35,929 bases of DNA, taken from Ignavibacteria bacterium UBA6688 (GTDB lineage Bacteria > Bacteroidota > Ignavibacteria > UBA10030). Under the pieces are notes generated by a model. The model was not told where the DNA came from. It worked only from the letters and a program-made list of their open reading frames with translations, and searched no databases. Shown here in pieces: positions 17,047 through 25,297 of this stretch. Positions within the stretch are counted from its first letter, which is position 1, and the number at the start of each line of letters is the position of its first letter. The stretch is from positions 1-35,929 of the forward strand of contig DKJQ01000037.1 in assembly GCA_002454845.1 (NCBI GenBank), written 5' to 3'. The position numbers and the translations under genes are program-made.

Positions 17047-18852
17047 ATGTCCACTGACTGGCAAAATCCTGAAAACCTTGAGTTCCTGTCTCCGGAGGAA
17101 ATGCGCGCCCGGTTGCAGGAAGCGCAGGAGTTTAATGTCCGGGTCAACACCCTCAGCGAACTATCGCTCAAGATTGATTCCGCCCAATCGAGGGAGGAAA
17201 TTATCGGTGTCCTGAAGGAAGACCTGAAGCGACTCCTCGGGGGCGAATCAGCCTTCCTTTGTCTGCTCAGCCAAAACCGGACTCACTATATCATCCATGC
17301 ACTCTCCCCGCTTATGGATGCGATTGAGATCGATCACAAGCATTTCGCGGTGGACGTCGGTATGCCCGGTTGGGCGATCGAGAACAAAGCTGCGATCATC
17401 GTCGATATCTCGTCCGCTCCGGCCTTTCATCCTTCGCTGGAAGGGAAGTTGAGAGACCTCGGGATTGCTTCACTGATCATCGTCCCGGTCCGGACCTCCG
17501 ACGATGTCATCGGGGTCATGGTGTTCGGTTCATCGAAAAGCTCGGCCTTTGGCGACCCCGACCTCTGGCTTGCCCAGTTGTTGAGCCTTCAGATCGCCAT
17601 CGCGTTGCGCCATACCGGCATGATGGAAAAAGCGCAGAAGCGTCTGGCCCAGATCGGATTGGTCAATCAAATTGCCGGGAAACTTACCACTGCGCTCGAT
17701 GTCGATGAGTTGCTCAGCGCTGCCTCGGAGGCGATCCAGCGCAACTTCAACTACTTCGATGTCACGATCTTTGCCGTGGAGAAGGAATCCGGGGATATGA
17801 CCCTTGCCGCGCATGCCGGTAATTACATCGATTTCCTCCCGCACGGATACAGGCAGCAGGGGGGACAGGGCATTATCGGCTGGGTGGCACAACACGGGCA
17901 GCCGGTGCTCGCCAACGACGTCACCCTGGATGCCCGCTATATGGCATACCAGTACCACAACACCAACTCCGAACTCGCTCTGCCGATCCGGATTAACAAC
18001 GAGGTTGTCGGCGTGCTCAATGTCGAGGACACGCGCTTGCATGCCTTCGACGAAACGGATGTGCTGGTACTCGAGACGCTGTGCGACCAGATCGGCAGCG
18101 CGATGAAGAACGCAAAATTATTTGACGAGATCAAAAGGAGCAACCAGCGTCTCATGGAACTGGACCGTTTGAAGACCGACTTTGTCGGAATCGTCTCGCA
18201 TGATTTCCGCACCCCCCTCTCGACGATCATGCTGGCGGCAAAGTCGCTCCTGCGCAAAGAGGACACCCTCAAGCCGGAACGCCTCCGGGAGTACCTGGGG
18301 ATCATCGTCGACCAGGCCGGCAAGCTCAGCAAACTCGCAGAGGATACCCTCTCGATCGCGAAGATCGAAGCCGGCCAGTTGAATTACCAGTTCAAGATCG
18401 TGAATGTGGAGAGTGTCATTCAGGAAGCTGTCTCCATGGTGAAAATATCCTCACGCCATACCTTCACCTCCAACGTCGAACTAAATTGTTCCTACGTGCG
18501 CGGCGATCAGAATAAGCTCCGCCAGGTGATCCAAAACCTGATTTCGAATGCGGTGAAGTACTCTCCCGCAGGAGGAGCGATTACGGTGACCGTTGTTCCC
18601 CACGACCAGCAGCCGGACGAGGTGTTATTCTCCGTGAGCGACGAGGGCCTCGGGATTCCCCAGGAGTACATCGGGAAGCTCTTTCAGAAATATTCAAGGG
18701 TCGATTCCGGAGAGGCGGTCAAGATCAAAGGAACGGGACTCGGGCTGTGGATCTGTCGCGAGATCATCAAGGCGCACGGAGGAGGTATCTGGGTCGAGAG
18801 CGAAGTGGGGAAGGGAAGCTCGTTCAAGTTCTCCCTCAAGCGGGGAAATTGA
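17047..18852 (+). CDS. Cytoplasmic GAF-GAF sensor histidine kinase (HisKA-HATPase)
   Basis: Two GAF-like regions (SLIIVPV...VIGVM; GIIGWVA...SELALPI...VVGVLNV); H box VSHDFRTPL; N box NLISNAVKYS; G boxes DEGLGI and GTGLGL. No TM segment. Start 17047 or 17002. Confidence 0.93.
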   Translation: MSTDWQNPENLEFLSPEEMRARLQEAQEFNVRVNTLSELSLKIDSAQSREEIIGVLKEDLKRLLGGESAFLCLLSQNRTHYIIHALSPLMDAIEIDHKHFAVDVGMPGWAIENKAAIIVDISSAPAFHPSLEGKLRDLGIASLIIVPVRTSDDVIGVMVFGSSKSSAFGDPDLWLAQLLSLQIAIALRHTGMMEKAQKRLAQIGLVNQIAGKLTTALDVDELLSAASEAIQRNFNYFDVTIFAVEKESGDMTLAAHAGNYIDFLPHGYRQQGGQGIIGWVAQHGQPVLANDVTLDARYMAYQYHNTNSELALPIRINNEVVGVLNVEDTRLHAFDETDVLVLETLCDQIGSAMKNAKLFDEIKRSNQRLMELDRLKTDFVGIVSHDFRTPLSTIMLAAKSLLRKEDTLKPERLREYLGIIVDQAGKLSKLAEDTLSIAKIEAGQLNYQFKIVNVESVIQEAVSMVKISSRHTFTSNVELNCSYVRGDQNKLRQVIQNLISNAVKYSPAGGAITVTVVPHDQQPDEVLFSVSDEGLGIPQEYIGKLFQKYSRVDSGEAVKIKGTGLGLWICREIIKAHGGGIWVESEVGKGSSFKFSLKRGN

Positions 18853-18918
18853 GCCAACGGTGCCTGTCAGGCAGATTTGTTCTTCATCGTACACGAGAGC
18901 TTCATGGACAGCGGGATG

Positions 18919-19596
18919 CTAGGAGAGTGAGATCCGAAAAGGATTGAAGTTCGTTCCGCGGTCATACCAATCGATCCCCTCCGTTTTCTTCAACCAGCCG
19001 GATGCCGCATACGTCACAGGAGTGAAAAGAATTTCCACGCCGCACTTGAAGAGGTAGTTGGAAACGACGATCGCAACGAGCAAATCGGTGGAAACTGTCC
19101 CGCCGAAGGCGATCAGAACAAACAGAACGGTATCAAGCCCCTGCCCGATCAGGGTCGAACCGATTGTCCGGGCCCAGAGATATTTACCTCCGGTGGCCAA
19201 CTTCATTTGGGCGAGGATGAAGGAGTTGGAAAACTCTCCCGCCCAGAAAGCGACCAGGCTCGCGCCGACAATGCGCGGCGTTAGACCCAGCACCGCATCG
19301 TACGATTCCTGAAATGACCACTCGCCTGCTGCCGGCAGCGCGCCCACCGCTGCCACCGTTCCCGCCATCAATGCAGCAGAGAAGAACCCAAGCCATATGA
19401 CTTTCCTCGATCGTGCGTAGCCGTACACCTCCGTCAGGATATCTCCAAAGATATAGCTCAAAGGGAACAATAACGTGCCCCCGTCGAACGTCAGGAAGCC
19501 GAGGTCGACAATCTTGGCGGATACGACGTTTGAAATGAGCAGGACAGCGACAAACAGTCCGGTAATGGTATCGAGGTGTTTGGTACGGGATTGCAT
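18919..19596 (-). CDS. yhhQ: Queuosine precursor transporter (YhhQ/VUT family)
   Basis: LLISNVVSAK, GGTLLFPLSYIFGDILTEVYG, PRIVGASLVAF..GEF.N, ARTIGSTLIGQ.LDT. Confidence 0.88.
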   Translation of the reverse strand: MQSRTKHLDTITGLFVAVLLISNVVSAKIVDLGFLTFDGGTLLFPLSYIFGDILTEVYGYARSRKVIWLGFFSAALMAGTVAAVGALPAAGEWSFQESYDAVLGLTPRIVGASLVAFWAGEFSNSFILAQMKLATGGKYLWARTIGSTLIGQGLDTVLFVLIAFGGTVSTDLLVAIVVSNYLFKCGVEILFTPVTYAASGWLKKTEGIDWYDRGTNFNPFRISLS

Positions 19597-19619
19597 CTGG
19601 GTGAAAAGACGCCGGGCAA

Positions 19620-20420
19620 TTACTTTGGTTTTTGGAACAGCGCGGGGGAGAGACCGGAATTGAACTTCGCCTCCTTCACGATAAGATCCCCCACTTTGAC
19701 CGAGGCGGCCTGGTAGGTAATGGCGAAGGGGACTTTGACTCCCTGAACGGTCCTGTAATCCGCAAGAATCTCCTCCACGTCGATCAAGCCTTCGGCTCCC
19801 TGTCGCCGGACGATCTTTCTGACAATCAGCTTCGTACGATCATCGATAAGGATCCGTATCGGCTCCTTCATCTGGCGATGCCGCACGGATAATTCGTGAA
19901 CGTTCGAACCGTTTTCAGTCCTGCTCCGCACGTACTCGTAGGTGTATTCCTTCTTGCCGATATTTTGCAGCATGTCGTACAGGATCCAGAGGGAAATACT
20001 CCGCATTTCCTCTCTTTGAGATGCGGGAAGTTCTTCGACCCCCTCAGGATTCTTGACCCAACCAACAGATCCGTCAAACCCCACGATCAACTCGCCGAAA
20101 TCAAACTGTGTTGTCTGCCGTATCTTGTTGGGGCGGGAGTACTGGTTTCGCATCTCGTACACCGTGTTTCGCTGGGGAGTGTACGATGTCATGGTGCAGG
20201 ACAGAGACAAATCGCTCGCCCCCGCAACCGCGGTGCCCCCCATGGCTGCTAGTGTTTGTTTCAACAGCCTCGTTGCTTGCTGTGTGTTCGCTGCAGATCT
20301 GTCTTGCTGCATGGCCTGCGCTGCAGGGATGGCTGCAGCGCAGGCAAGAGCAACAACCGCGTAGACGAAGAGCGTTCTTCGTGAAGTCCAGGCTGGGCCG
20401 TGGCTACCGACCCATTCCAC
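19620..20420 (-). CDS. Secreted protein, LolA-like beta-rich fold, paralogous to the C-terminal domain of the upstream M16 protein
   Basis: Signal-like segment ...RRTLFVYAVVALACAAAIPAAQA; co-linear with the last ~225 aa of 20425-22560. Start uncertain (GTG 20420 assumed); the upstream part of the listed ORF overlaps the previous gene. Confidence 0.75.
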   Translation of the reverse strand: MEWVGSHGPAWTSRRTLFVYAVVALACAAAIPAAQAMQQDRSAANTQQATRLLKQTLAAMGGTAVAGASDLSLSCTMTSYTPQRNTVYEMRNQYSRPNKIRQTTQFDFGELIVGFDGSVGWVKNPEGVEELPASQREEMRSISLWILYDMLQNIGKKEYTYEYVRSRTENGSNVHELSVRHRQMKEPIRILIDDRTKLIVRKIVRRQGAEGLIDVEEILADYRTVQGVKVPFAITYQAASVKVGDLIVKEAKFNSGLSPALFQKPK

Positions 20421-20424
20421 GATT

Positions 20425-22560
20425 CTACGGTTTCTTGAAAGCATCATCCTTGACGCCGACATTGACGGCTGCTGAAATGATCGTGAGCTCTGAAACCTTT
20501 TTCCCGTCAGCCGTGGACTCCGTCTTATGAGGAATCTGGACTCCATCCACCAGCCGGTAATCAGAATAATGTTCCTCGATGTCGGCCGGACCTGAGGCGG
20601 TATTTCCTTTCGCCACTTTTTTGTCAAACAATCCTGTCCGTGCATCAATAAAGTACCGGAAGGTGTAATTCTCAGGGAGATACCGCACGAACACAACGTT
20701 CATGGCCTTGCCCCCGACTGTTTCATCCTTCAGGTGTTGCACCTGGTACTCCGGCTTCTCAAAATTTTGCAGGAAGTAATGCATGTCGCTTGCCATCTGC
20801 TTCCGGTAGTTCTCCCGCAACGATCCCGGCATATCCTGGGATCCCATGGGCGATTGAACCCACCCGTTTGTACCGTCGAACGCCATGGTCATCTCCCCCA
20901 TAGGGGATTTGATACGAGTGGCGAACTTGTTCGGCATGACAACCTTCATCTCCGCGTCCATCGTGATATCTCCCATCGGGGTCGATTGCATCAACTTGAC
21001 GGTCGTGACCATATCCTTGATGGCAACAACCTTCGATCCCCCCATGGCGGCGAGAGTTTTCTTCAACAACTCTTTCCCTTTGGCGATCGTCTCCGGCGTG
21101 GCATCGGGAATCTTCTCGGGGGGAGAAGGAATGGCGATATCGATGGTCTTCACGGAGCCGAGCGAACTGAGCGGCTCGTCAAAATCGCCGTCATTCCCGA
21201 CCACAAGGATTGACAACACCTCCGGTTTCCAGCGTTTCTGCATGGCCTCGTTGACGGCCTTCAACGTCGCGTTTTGAACAGCCTGCTGTTGTTTCTGGTA
21301 GTAGTCTTTGGGATAGCCGAAGTATTCGAGCGTCATCAGTTTGTTGATCACCTTGGATTTGGTGTCGAACTCGAAGACAAAAGAATTGAGGAATGATTCC
21401 TTGGCATATTGCAATTCTGAAGCCGTGATCCCGGACGTCACAGCCCCCTCGAATTCCTTCAGGATGGATTTGACCATCGCCACCGTCGTTCCGGATTTGG
21501 TCGAACCTCCCATGGAAAAGGCCCCTTGGTAATCGTATGATTCACCCCAAAAACTCCATACCGCGTACGCCAGGCCCTGTTCGGAACGAATTTTGGAAAA
21601 GAGCCTCGAAGCCTGTCCGCCGCCAAGCGCTTTGTCGGCAAGGTTCAGCAGCGCACTTTCGGGGTCGTCCAATCTGCCGCCAAGATGGCCGATGTAGATC
21701 TGGGACTGATTGACATCCGTTTTCTTGATGAAGTTCACCGTCCGCGATGCGGCCATCCGCGCCTGGGGTGCAGGGGGAACTGCCAGCGTTCCTCGCGCCC
21801 AACCTCCAAAGGCATCCTCGATTTTAGCTTTCATGGCGGCCGTCGAGAAATCACCCCACACGGCGATCATCATGGCGTTGGGGAGGAAATACTTCTTGTG
21901 GAAATCGATCAAGTCCTGTTTGATGATGTTTTCCACGTGGGAATATTCCATCAGCCGCGCGTAGGGACTGGTTGCGCCATAGATCAGGCGGTTGTACTCG
22001 CGTCCCGCGATGCCCGCCACCTGATCGTTGCGGCGGCTTATGCCGGAACGAGAGGAGACTTTGGCCAGGTCGATCTTGTCGTCACGAAAAGCCGGATTTT
22101 TCAACACGTCGACAAGCACCCCGAGTCCCATATCGAAATCTTCCTTCAGGACGGAAAGACGTGCCCCGCCGGAGGTGGAGCCGATGAAGGTCTCCACCGA
22201 CGCTGCCGCCCGCTCCAGCATCTGGTCGATCTCCTCGCCGGTTTTCGAGGTCGTGCCCCCCGTTCGCATCACTTGTCCGGTGAGGCTCGCAAGCCCAACC
22301 TTATCGGCCGGTTCGTAACGCGATCCCGTTCGTACTATAAGCGACGCATTGATGGTGGGGAGCGTATGGTCCTCCAGGAGATACACGATCATCCCGTTGG
22401 AAAGCTCAAACCGCGTTGGCTCGGGGATCTGCAGTTCGCGGAGCTTCGGATATTTCAGGTTCTTGTAATGCTGCGGTTTGGTCGCGGGGGTCTGCGCTGC
22501 CGCGGAGAGGACGACCGCCACAATGAGCAGCAGGATGGTGTGAAGACGGTTTTGTTTCAT
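20425..22560 (-). CDS. M16B (pitrilysin/PqqL-like) peptidase, non-catalytic subunit, with C-terminal LolA-like domain
   Basis: LSNGMIVYLLED, VRTGS.YEP.DK.GLA; HXXEH is replaced by SLTGQ; SRLFSKIRSEQGLAY retains the R/Y pair. Signal peptide; GGAG RBS before ATG 22560. Confidence 0.9.
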   Translation of the reverse strand: MKQNRLHTILLLIVAVVLSAAAQTPATKPQHYKNLKYPKLRELQIPEPTRFELSNGMIVYLLEDHTLPTINASLIVRTGSRYEPADKVGLASLTGQVMRTGGTTSKTGEEIDQMLERAAASVETFIGSTSGGARLSVLKEDFDMGLGVLVDVLKNPAFRDDKIDLAKVSSRSGISRRNDQVAGIAGREYNRLIYGATSPYARLMEYSHVENIIKQDLIDFHKKYFLPNAMMIAVWGDFSTAAMKAKIEDAFGGWARGTLAVPPAPQARMAASRTVNFIKKTDVNQSQIYIGHLGGRLDDPESALLNLADKALGGGQASRLFSKIRSEQGLAYAVWSFWGESYDYQGAFSMGGSTKSGTTVAMVKSILKEFEGAVTSGITASELQYAKESFLNSFVFEFDTKSKVINKLMTLEYFGYPKDYYQKQQQAVQNATLKAVNEAMQKRWKPEVLSILVVGNDGDFDEPLSSLGSVKTIDIAIPSPPEKIPDATPETIAKGKELLKKTLAAMGGSKVVAIKDMVTTVKLMQSTPMGDITMDAEMKVVMPNKFATRIKSPMGEMTMAFDGTNGWVQSPMGSQDMPGSLRENYRKQMASDMHYFLQNFEKPEYQVQHLKDETVGGKAMNVVFVRYLPENYTFRYFIDARTGLFDKKVAKGNTASGPADIEEHYSDYRLVDGVQIPHKTESTADGKKVSELTIISAAVNVGVKDDAFKKP

Positions 22561-22594
22561 GACATATTCTCCCTTGCGCATTCGATGATGGGAC

Positions 22595-24082
22595 TTACTT
22601 CGCCGGTTCGATCGTTCCGATACTTCGGTTGTTGTTGACGAAGACGGCCGTTGCCGCCCGCTGGATGTCGTTGGCCGTGACTGCGTTCAGTTTGTCCAGC
22701 GACTTGAACAACTCGCGCCAGTCGCCATACAGTCCTTCATACGTGGCAAGTTGATTTGCGAGTCCCTGGTTTGATCCGAGCGACCGGATCAGTCCGGCGC
22801 GTGCGCGGGTCTTGATCGCCTTCAAATCCTCGTCGCTGACCGCCTCTGTTTTCAACCGTTCAATCTCATGTTCAATGGCTGCGAGGCAGGAATCGTTCGA
22901 CTGTCCCTGGGCCGGGAAGGCAAAGAAGAGGAAGAGGTTTGGGTATTTCTGTCCGGGGAACCCCCCGAATCCTCCGGCGGAGATCGCCAGTTTCTTGTCA
23001 CGGACGAGTGAGGTATACAGGCGTGATGTTCTGCCGGAGCTCATCAAATCCGAAATGACGTCGTACACCGCGTCATCCGGGTCGCTGATGCCACCCTTCT
23101 TGTAACCGACAACAATCACCGGCTGCGATTGTTCATGCAGCACGACGCGTCGCTCGCCGTTCTGCGGCGGTTCGGTGGTCCGGACCGGGTCGGCTTTCCG
23201 GCCGGCTGGAATTCGGGAGAAGTACCTCTCTGCCAGCCGTTTCACTTCGTTGACATCGACATCTCCCACCACCGCTATGGTCATGTTCGAAGGAACGTAA
23301 TACTTCTTGAAGAACTCATAAGCTTCCTGCCGCGTAATCCCTTTGAGATCGGCCATGTGGCCGATTGTATTGTCCTTGTATGGGTGTGACTTGAACGCGA
23401 CGGAGATGACCTCCTCGATCATCTTTCCGATGGGATTGCTCTCGACCCGCATCCGCCGTTCTTCCATCACGACATCCTTCTCTTTATAGAAGTCCCGGAT
23501 GACCGGGTCGTAGAACCGTGCGGATTCGAGTGTGAACCAAAGTTCGAGCTTATTGGACGGGAGACTATAGAAGTATGTTGTCTCATCCATGCTTGTTCCT
23601 GCGTTCAGTCCGACACCCCCTTGTTGTTCAATGACGCGGCTGAATTCGTCCCCATCGCTGAACTTCATCGCCTCTTCCTGCGCTTTCTCGAACGCAGCAT
23701 TCAGGGACGCGAGTTTCGCCGTGTCCGGATTGACCTTAAGTCTCACCTGCTCCCGGGCTGTCCAAGCCTTGTCGAGCGCCTCAAGTGCGGCCTTCTCTTT
23801 TGCGAAATGTTTGGTGCCGATGTCCGTCGTGCCTTTGAAGGCAAGATGTTCGAAGATATGTGCGAGTCCGGTAATGCCGCGACTCTCGTTCACGGAACCG
23901 ATGGCGACATACGTCGTGAACGAAACAACGGGAGCATCGCGGCGGGGAAGGATCAGGAACTTCAACCCGTTTTTCAGAGTGTGCTCGACAACCTGACTCT
24001 GGACGGCTTTGAAACCGTCCTGGGCTGTCGCGAACTGCAACGCAAGCGTTGCGGCAATGAGAATCCGGATGGATGGTCGCAT
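22595..24082 (-). CDS. M16B zinc peptidase, catalytic subunit
   Basis: LKNGLKF, GSVNE..GITGLAHIFEHLAFKGT (HXXEH), NAGTS.DET.Y, EKDVVMEERR, YYVPSNMTIAVVGD. Signal peptide; GGAG RBS. Confidence 0.93.
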   Translation of the reverse strand: MRPSIRILIAATLALQFATAQDGFKAVQSQVVEHTLKNGLKFLILPRRDAPVVSFTTYVAIGSVNESRGITGLAHIFEHLAFKGTTDIGTKHFAKEKAALEALDKAWTAREQVRLKVNPDTAKLASLNAAFEKAQEEAMKFSDGDEFSRVIEQQGGVGLNAGTSMDETTYFYSLPSNKLELWFTLESARFYDPVIRDFYKEKDVVMEERRMRVESNPIGKMIEEVISVAFKSHPYKDNTIGHMADLKGITRQEAYEFFKKYYVPSNMTIAVVGDVDVNEVKRLAERYFSRIPAGRKADPVRTTEPPQNGERRVVLHEQSQPVIVVGYKKGGISDPDDAVYDVISDLMSSGRTSRLYTSLVRDKKLAISAGGFGGFPGQKYPNLFLFFAFPAQGQSNDSCLAAIEHEIERLKTEAVSDEDLKAIKTRARAGLIRSLGSNQGLANQLATYEGLYGDWRELFKSLDKLNAVTANDIQRAATAVFVNNNRSIGTIEPAK

Positions 24083-24093
24083 AGGTGCTCTCC

Positions 24094-24444
24094 TTATTGT
24101 GCAAGAATGTTTGGTTTGCTCTTGCGGAGTTCTAAAGCGGTGTACAGACGTTCATAGAACTGGCGTGAGGATTCGAGTGTGCGAAGCTGGCGTTCGACCG
24201 CGGCCGAGAATTCCTCCCGGGTGAATCCGGCCGAATCGAGCAATGACTGAACCTGACGATGATAGAGGAGGGAGTCCCTCCCCGGATCAGGCAAACGATA
24301 TTGCTCATGAAGCAGCATCAGTCCGGCGTAGGCGTCGGCGATCTTCTCAGTTTCTCCCGATGAGTTGGTTGAGGAAGGACCGCACCCGGCGGCCATGGAC
24401 CAGCAACTGAGAACTATGACGAGTTTACATCGGAGGGCCTTCAT
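24094..24444 (-). CDS. Small hypothetical lipoprotein (DUF4296-like)
   Basis: MKALRCKLVIVLSCWSMAAG-C lipobox; helical region with DSL.Y...LLDSAGFTREEF...FYE; 11 bp upstream of the M16 gene. Confidence 0.7.
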   Translation of the reverse strand: MKALRCKLVIVLSCWSMAAGCGPSSTNSSGETEKIADAYAGLMLLHEQYRLPDPGRDSLLYHRQVQSLLDSAGFTREEFSAAVERQLRTLESSRQFYERLYTALELRKSKPNILAQ

Positions 24445-24469
24445 GGGTCGGTAGGAAGGTAGCAAACAG

Positions 24470-24648
24470 AAAAGAGTGAAGCAACACCGGGGAGACCGCC
24501 TTAACCGTAAAAAGTAAGGCTATACCCGGGGCCGGGCTCCGCAGCGTTCGCCGACGGCTTCCCTCTGCTATGCCTGAATGAATGCCCCGCAAGGCTCAGT
24601 GATCTGACCTCCCTTGGTGCTGCTCACCTTGGAGGCAGGGCTCAGGAT
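24470..24648 (-). ncRNA. Structured non-coding RNA, possibly 6S RNA (strand not certain)
   Basis: Long closing helix 24478-24497 with 24608-24627, internal helices, upstream minus-strand promoter TTGCAA-17-GATATT and a U-rich tail at ~24463-24475. Short 6S-like motifs (CUGAGCC...GGUUAAG; CACCUUG-N6-GGGCUCAGG on the plus strand). Confidence 0.45.
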
Positions 24649-24654
24649 GTTGAA

Positions 24655-24706
24655 AATATCAAACGTCGGCGCGCTGCTTGCAACCCGTTTGACCAACCGG
24701 TATATT
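24655..24706. promoter_or_regulatory. Putative back-to-back promoters sharing a palindromic -35 box
   Basis: TTGCAA at 24678-24683. Plus strand: 17 nt then TATATT (24701-24706). Minus strand: 17 nt then GATATT (24660-24655). Confidence 0.5.
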
Positions 24707-24762
24707 ATCACCACTCTTGGACCTGCCGGAAGGCCATTCAATAACATATCACAGGGAGTACC

Positions 24763-25209
24763 ATGAACGAAGCATCAAAAAACTTGTTGCTCGCGACCGT
24801 CAAGGAGTGGGCGAAATTCACAGGAGATCGCGAGAAGTTCGGCACCATCGCCGGTGAAGTCGCTGCCCTCACGCGCAAATGCGTGCAGGAAAGCCTCGCC
24901 TTGCTGAAGACTCAGAATATCGACGTAGAGGCCGAATCGGCCGACGCGATGAAGCTGCTCGGGGTCCCCTTGCATATCGATCCCGTGATCGACGCGACGT
25001 TTCCGAATGTGAAGGTCAGCGTTGTGCTCAAATGCGCCGGCGCCACGAGAACGATCCTGATCAACCCCAATCTCTCCATCTCCGCCGGGGGTGCCGTCGT
25101 GACCTACGATCAATTGAAGAAGGGCATTCCCCCTGCGTTTGAAACGAACGCCGCGGAATTTGTGAAGGACGCGTTCCTGTACGTGGCGAGGACGGGGGGT
25201 AAGGAGTAG
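24763..25209 (+). CDS. Hypothetical cytoplasmic protein (148 aa)
   Basis: AGGGAG RBS, own promoter, host-like codon usage and downstream hairpin. No family recognised. Confidence 0.8.
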   Translation: MNEASKNLLLATVKEWAKFTGDREKFGTIAGEVAALTRKCVQESLALLKTQNIDVEAESADAMKLLGVPLHIDPVIDATFPNVKVSVVLKCAGATRTILINPNLSISAGGAVVTYDQLKKGIPPAFETNAAEFVKDAFLYVARTGGKE

Positions 25210-25215
25210 GTTCGG

Positions 25216-25240
25216 GCGGGGATCAGCCATCGATCCCCGC
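25216..25240 (+). terminator. Hairpin after the hypothetical gene (possible terminator or stabiliser)
   Basis: gcggggatc-agccatc-gatccccgc, a perfect 9-bp stem with no U-tract. Confidence 0.35.
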
Positions 25241-25297
25241 AGTGTCCATGGATTTCGCGTTCATCCAGTATTGTGTACTGAAAAGAAAAAAACCGCT

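Noticed and set aside
18861-18873. tgcctg-t-caggca palindrome between the convergent kinase and yhhQ genes
   Set aside because: Too short, with no U-tracts; cannot be separated from chance, though it resembles the CCTG mini-hairpins.
24470-24681. RNase P, SRP, tmRNA, cobalamin or ZTP riboswitch identity for the structured region
   Set aside because: Their hallmark motifs (GAGGAAAGUCC; GGAA-loop with AGCAG; tRNA-like ends; B12 box; GCCUGGG) are absent or out of order.
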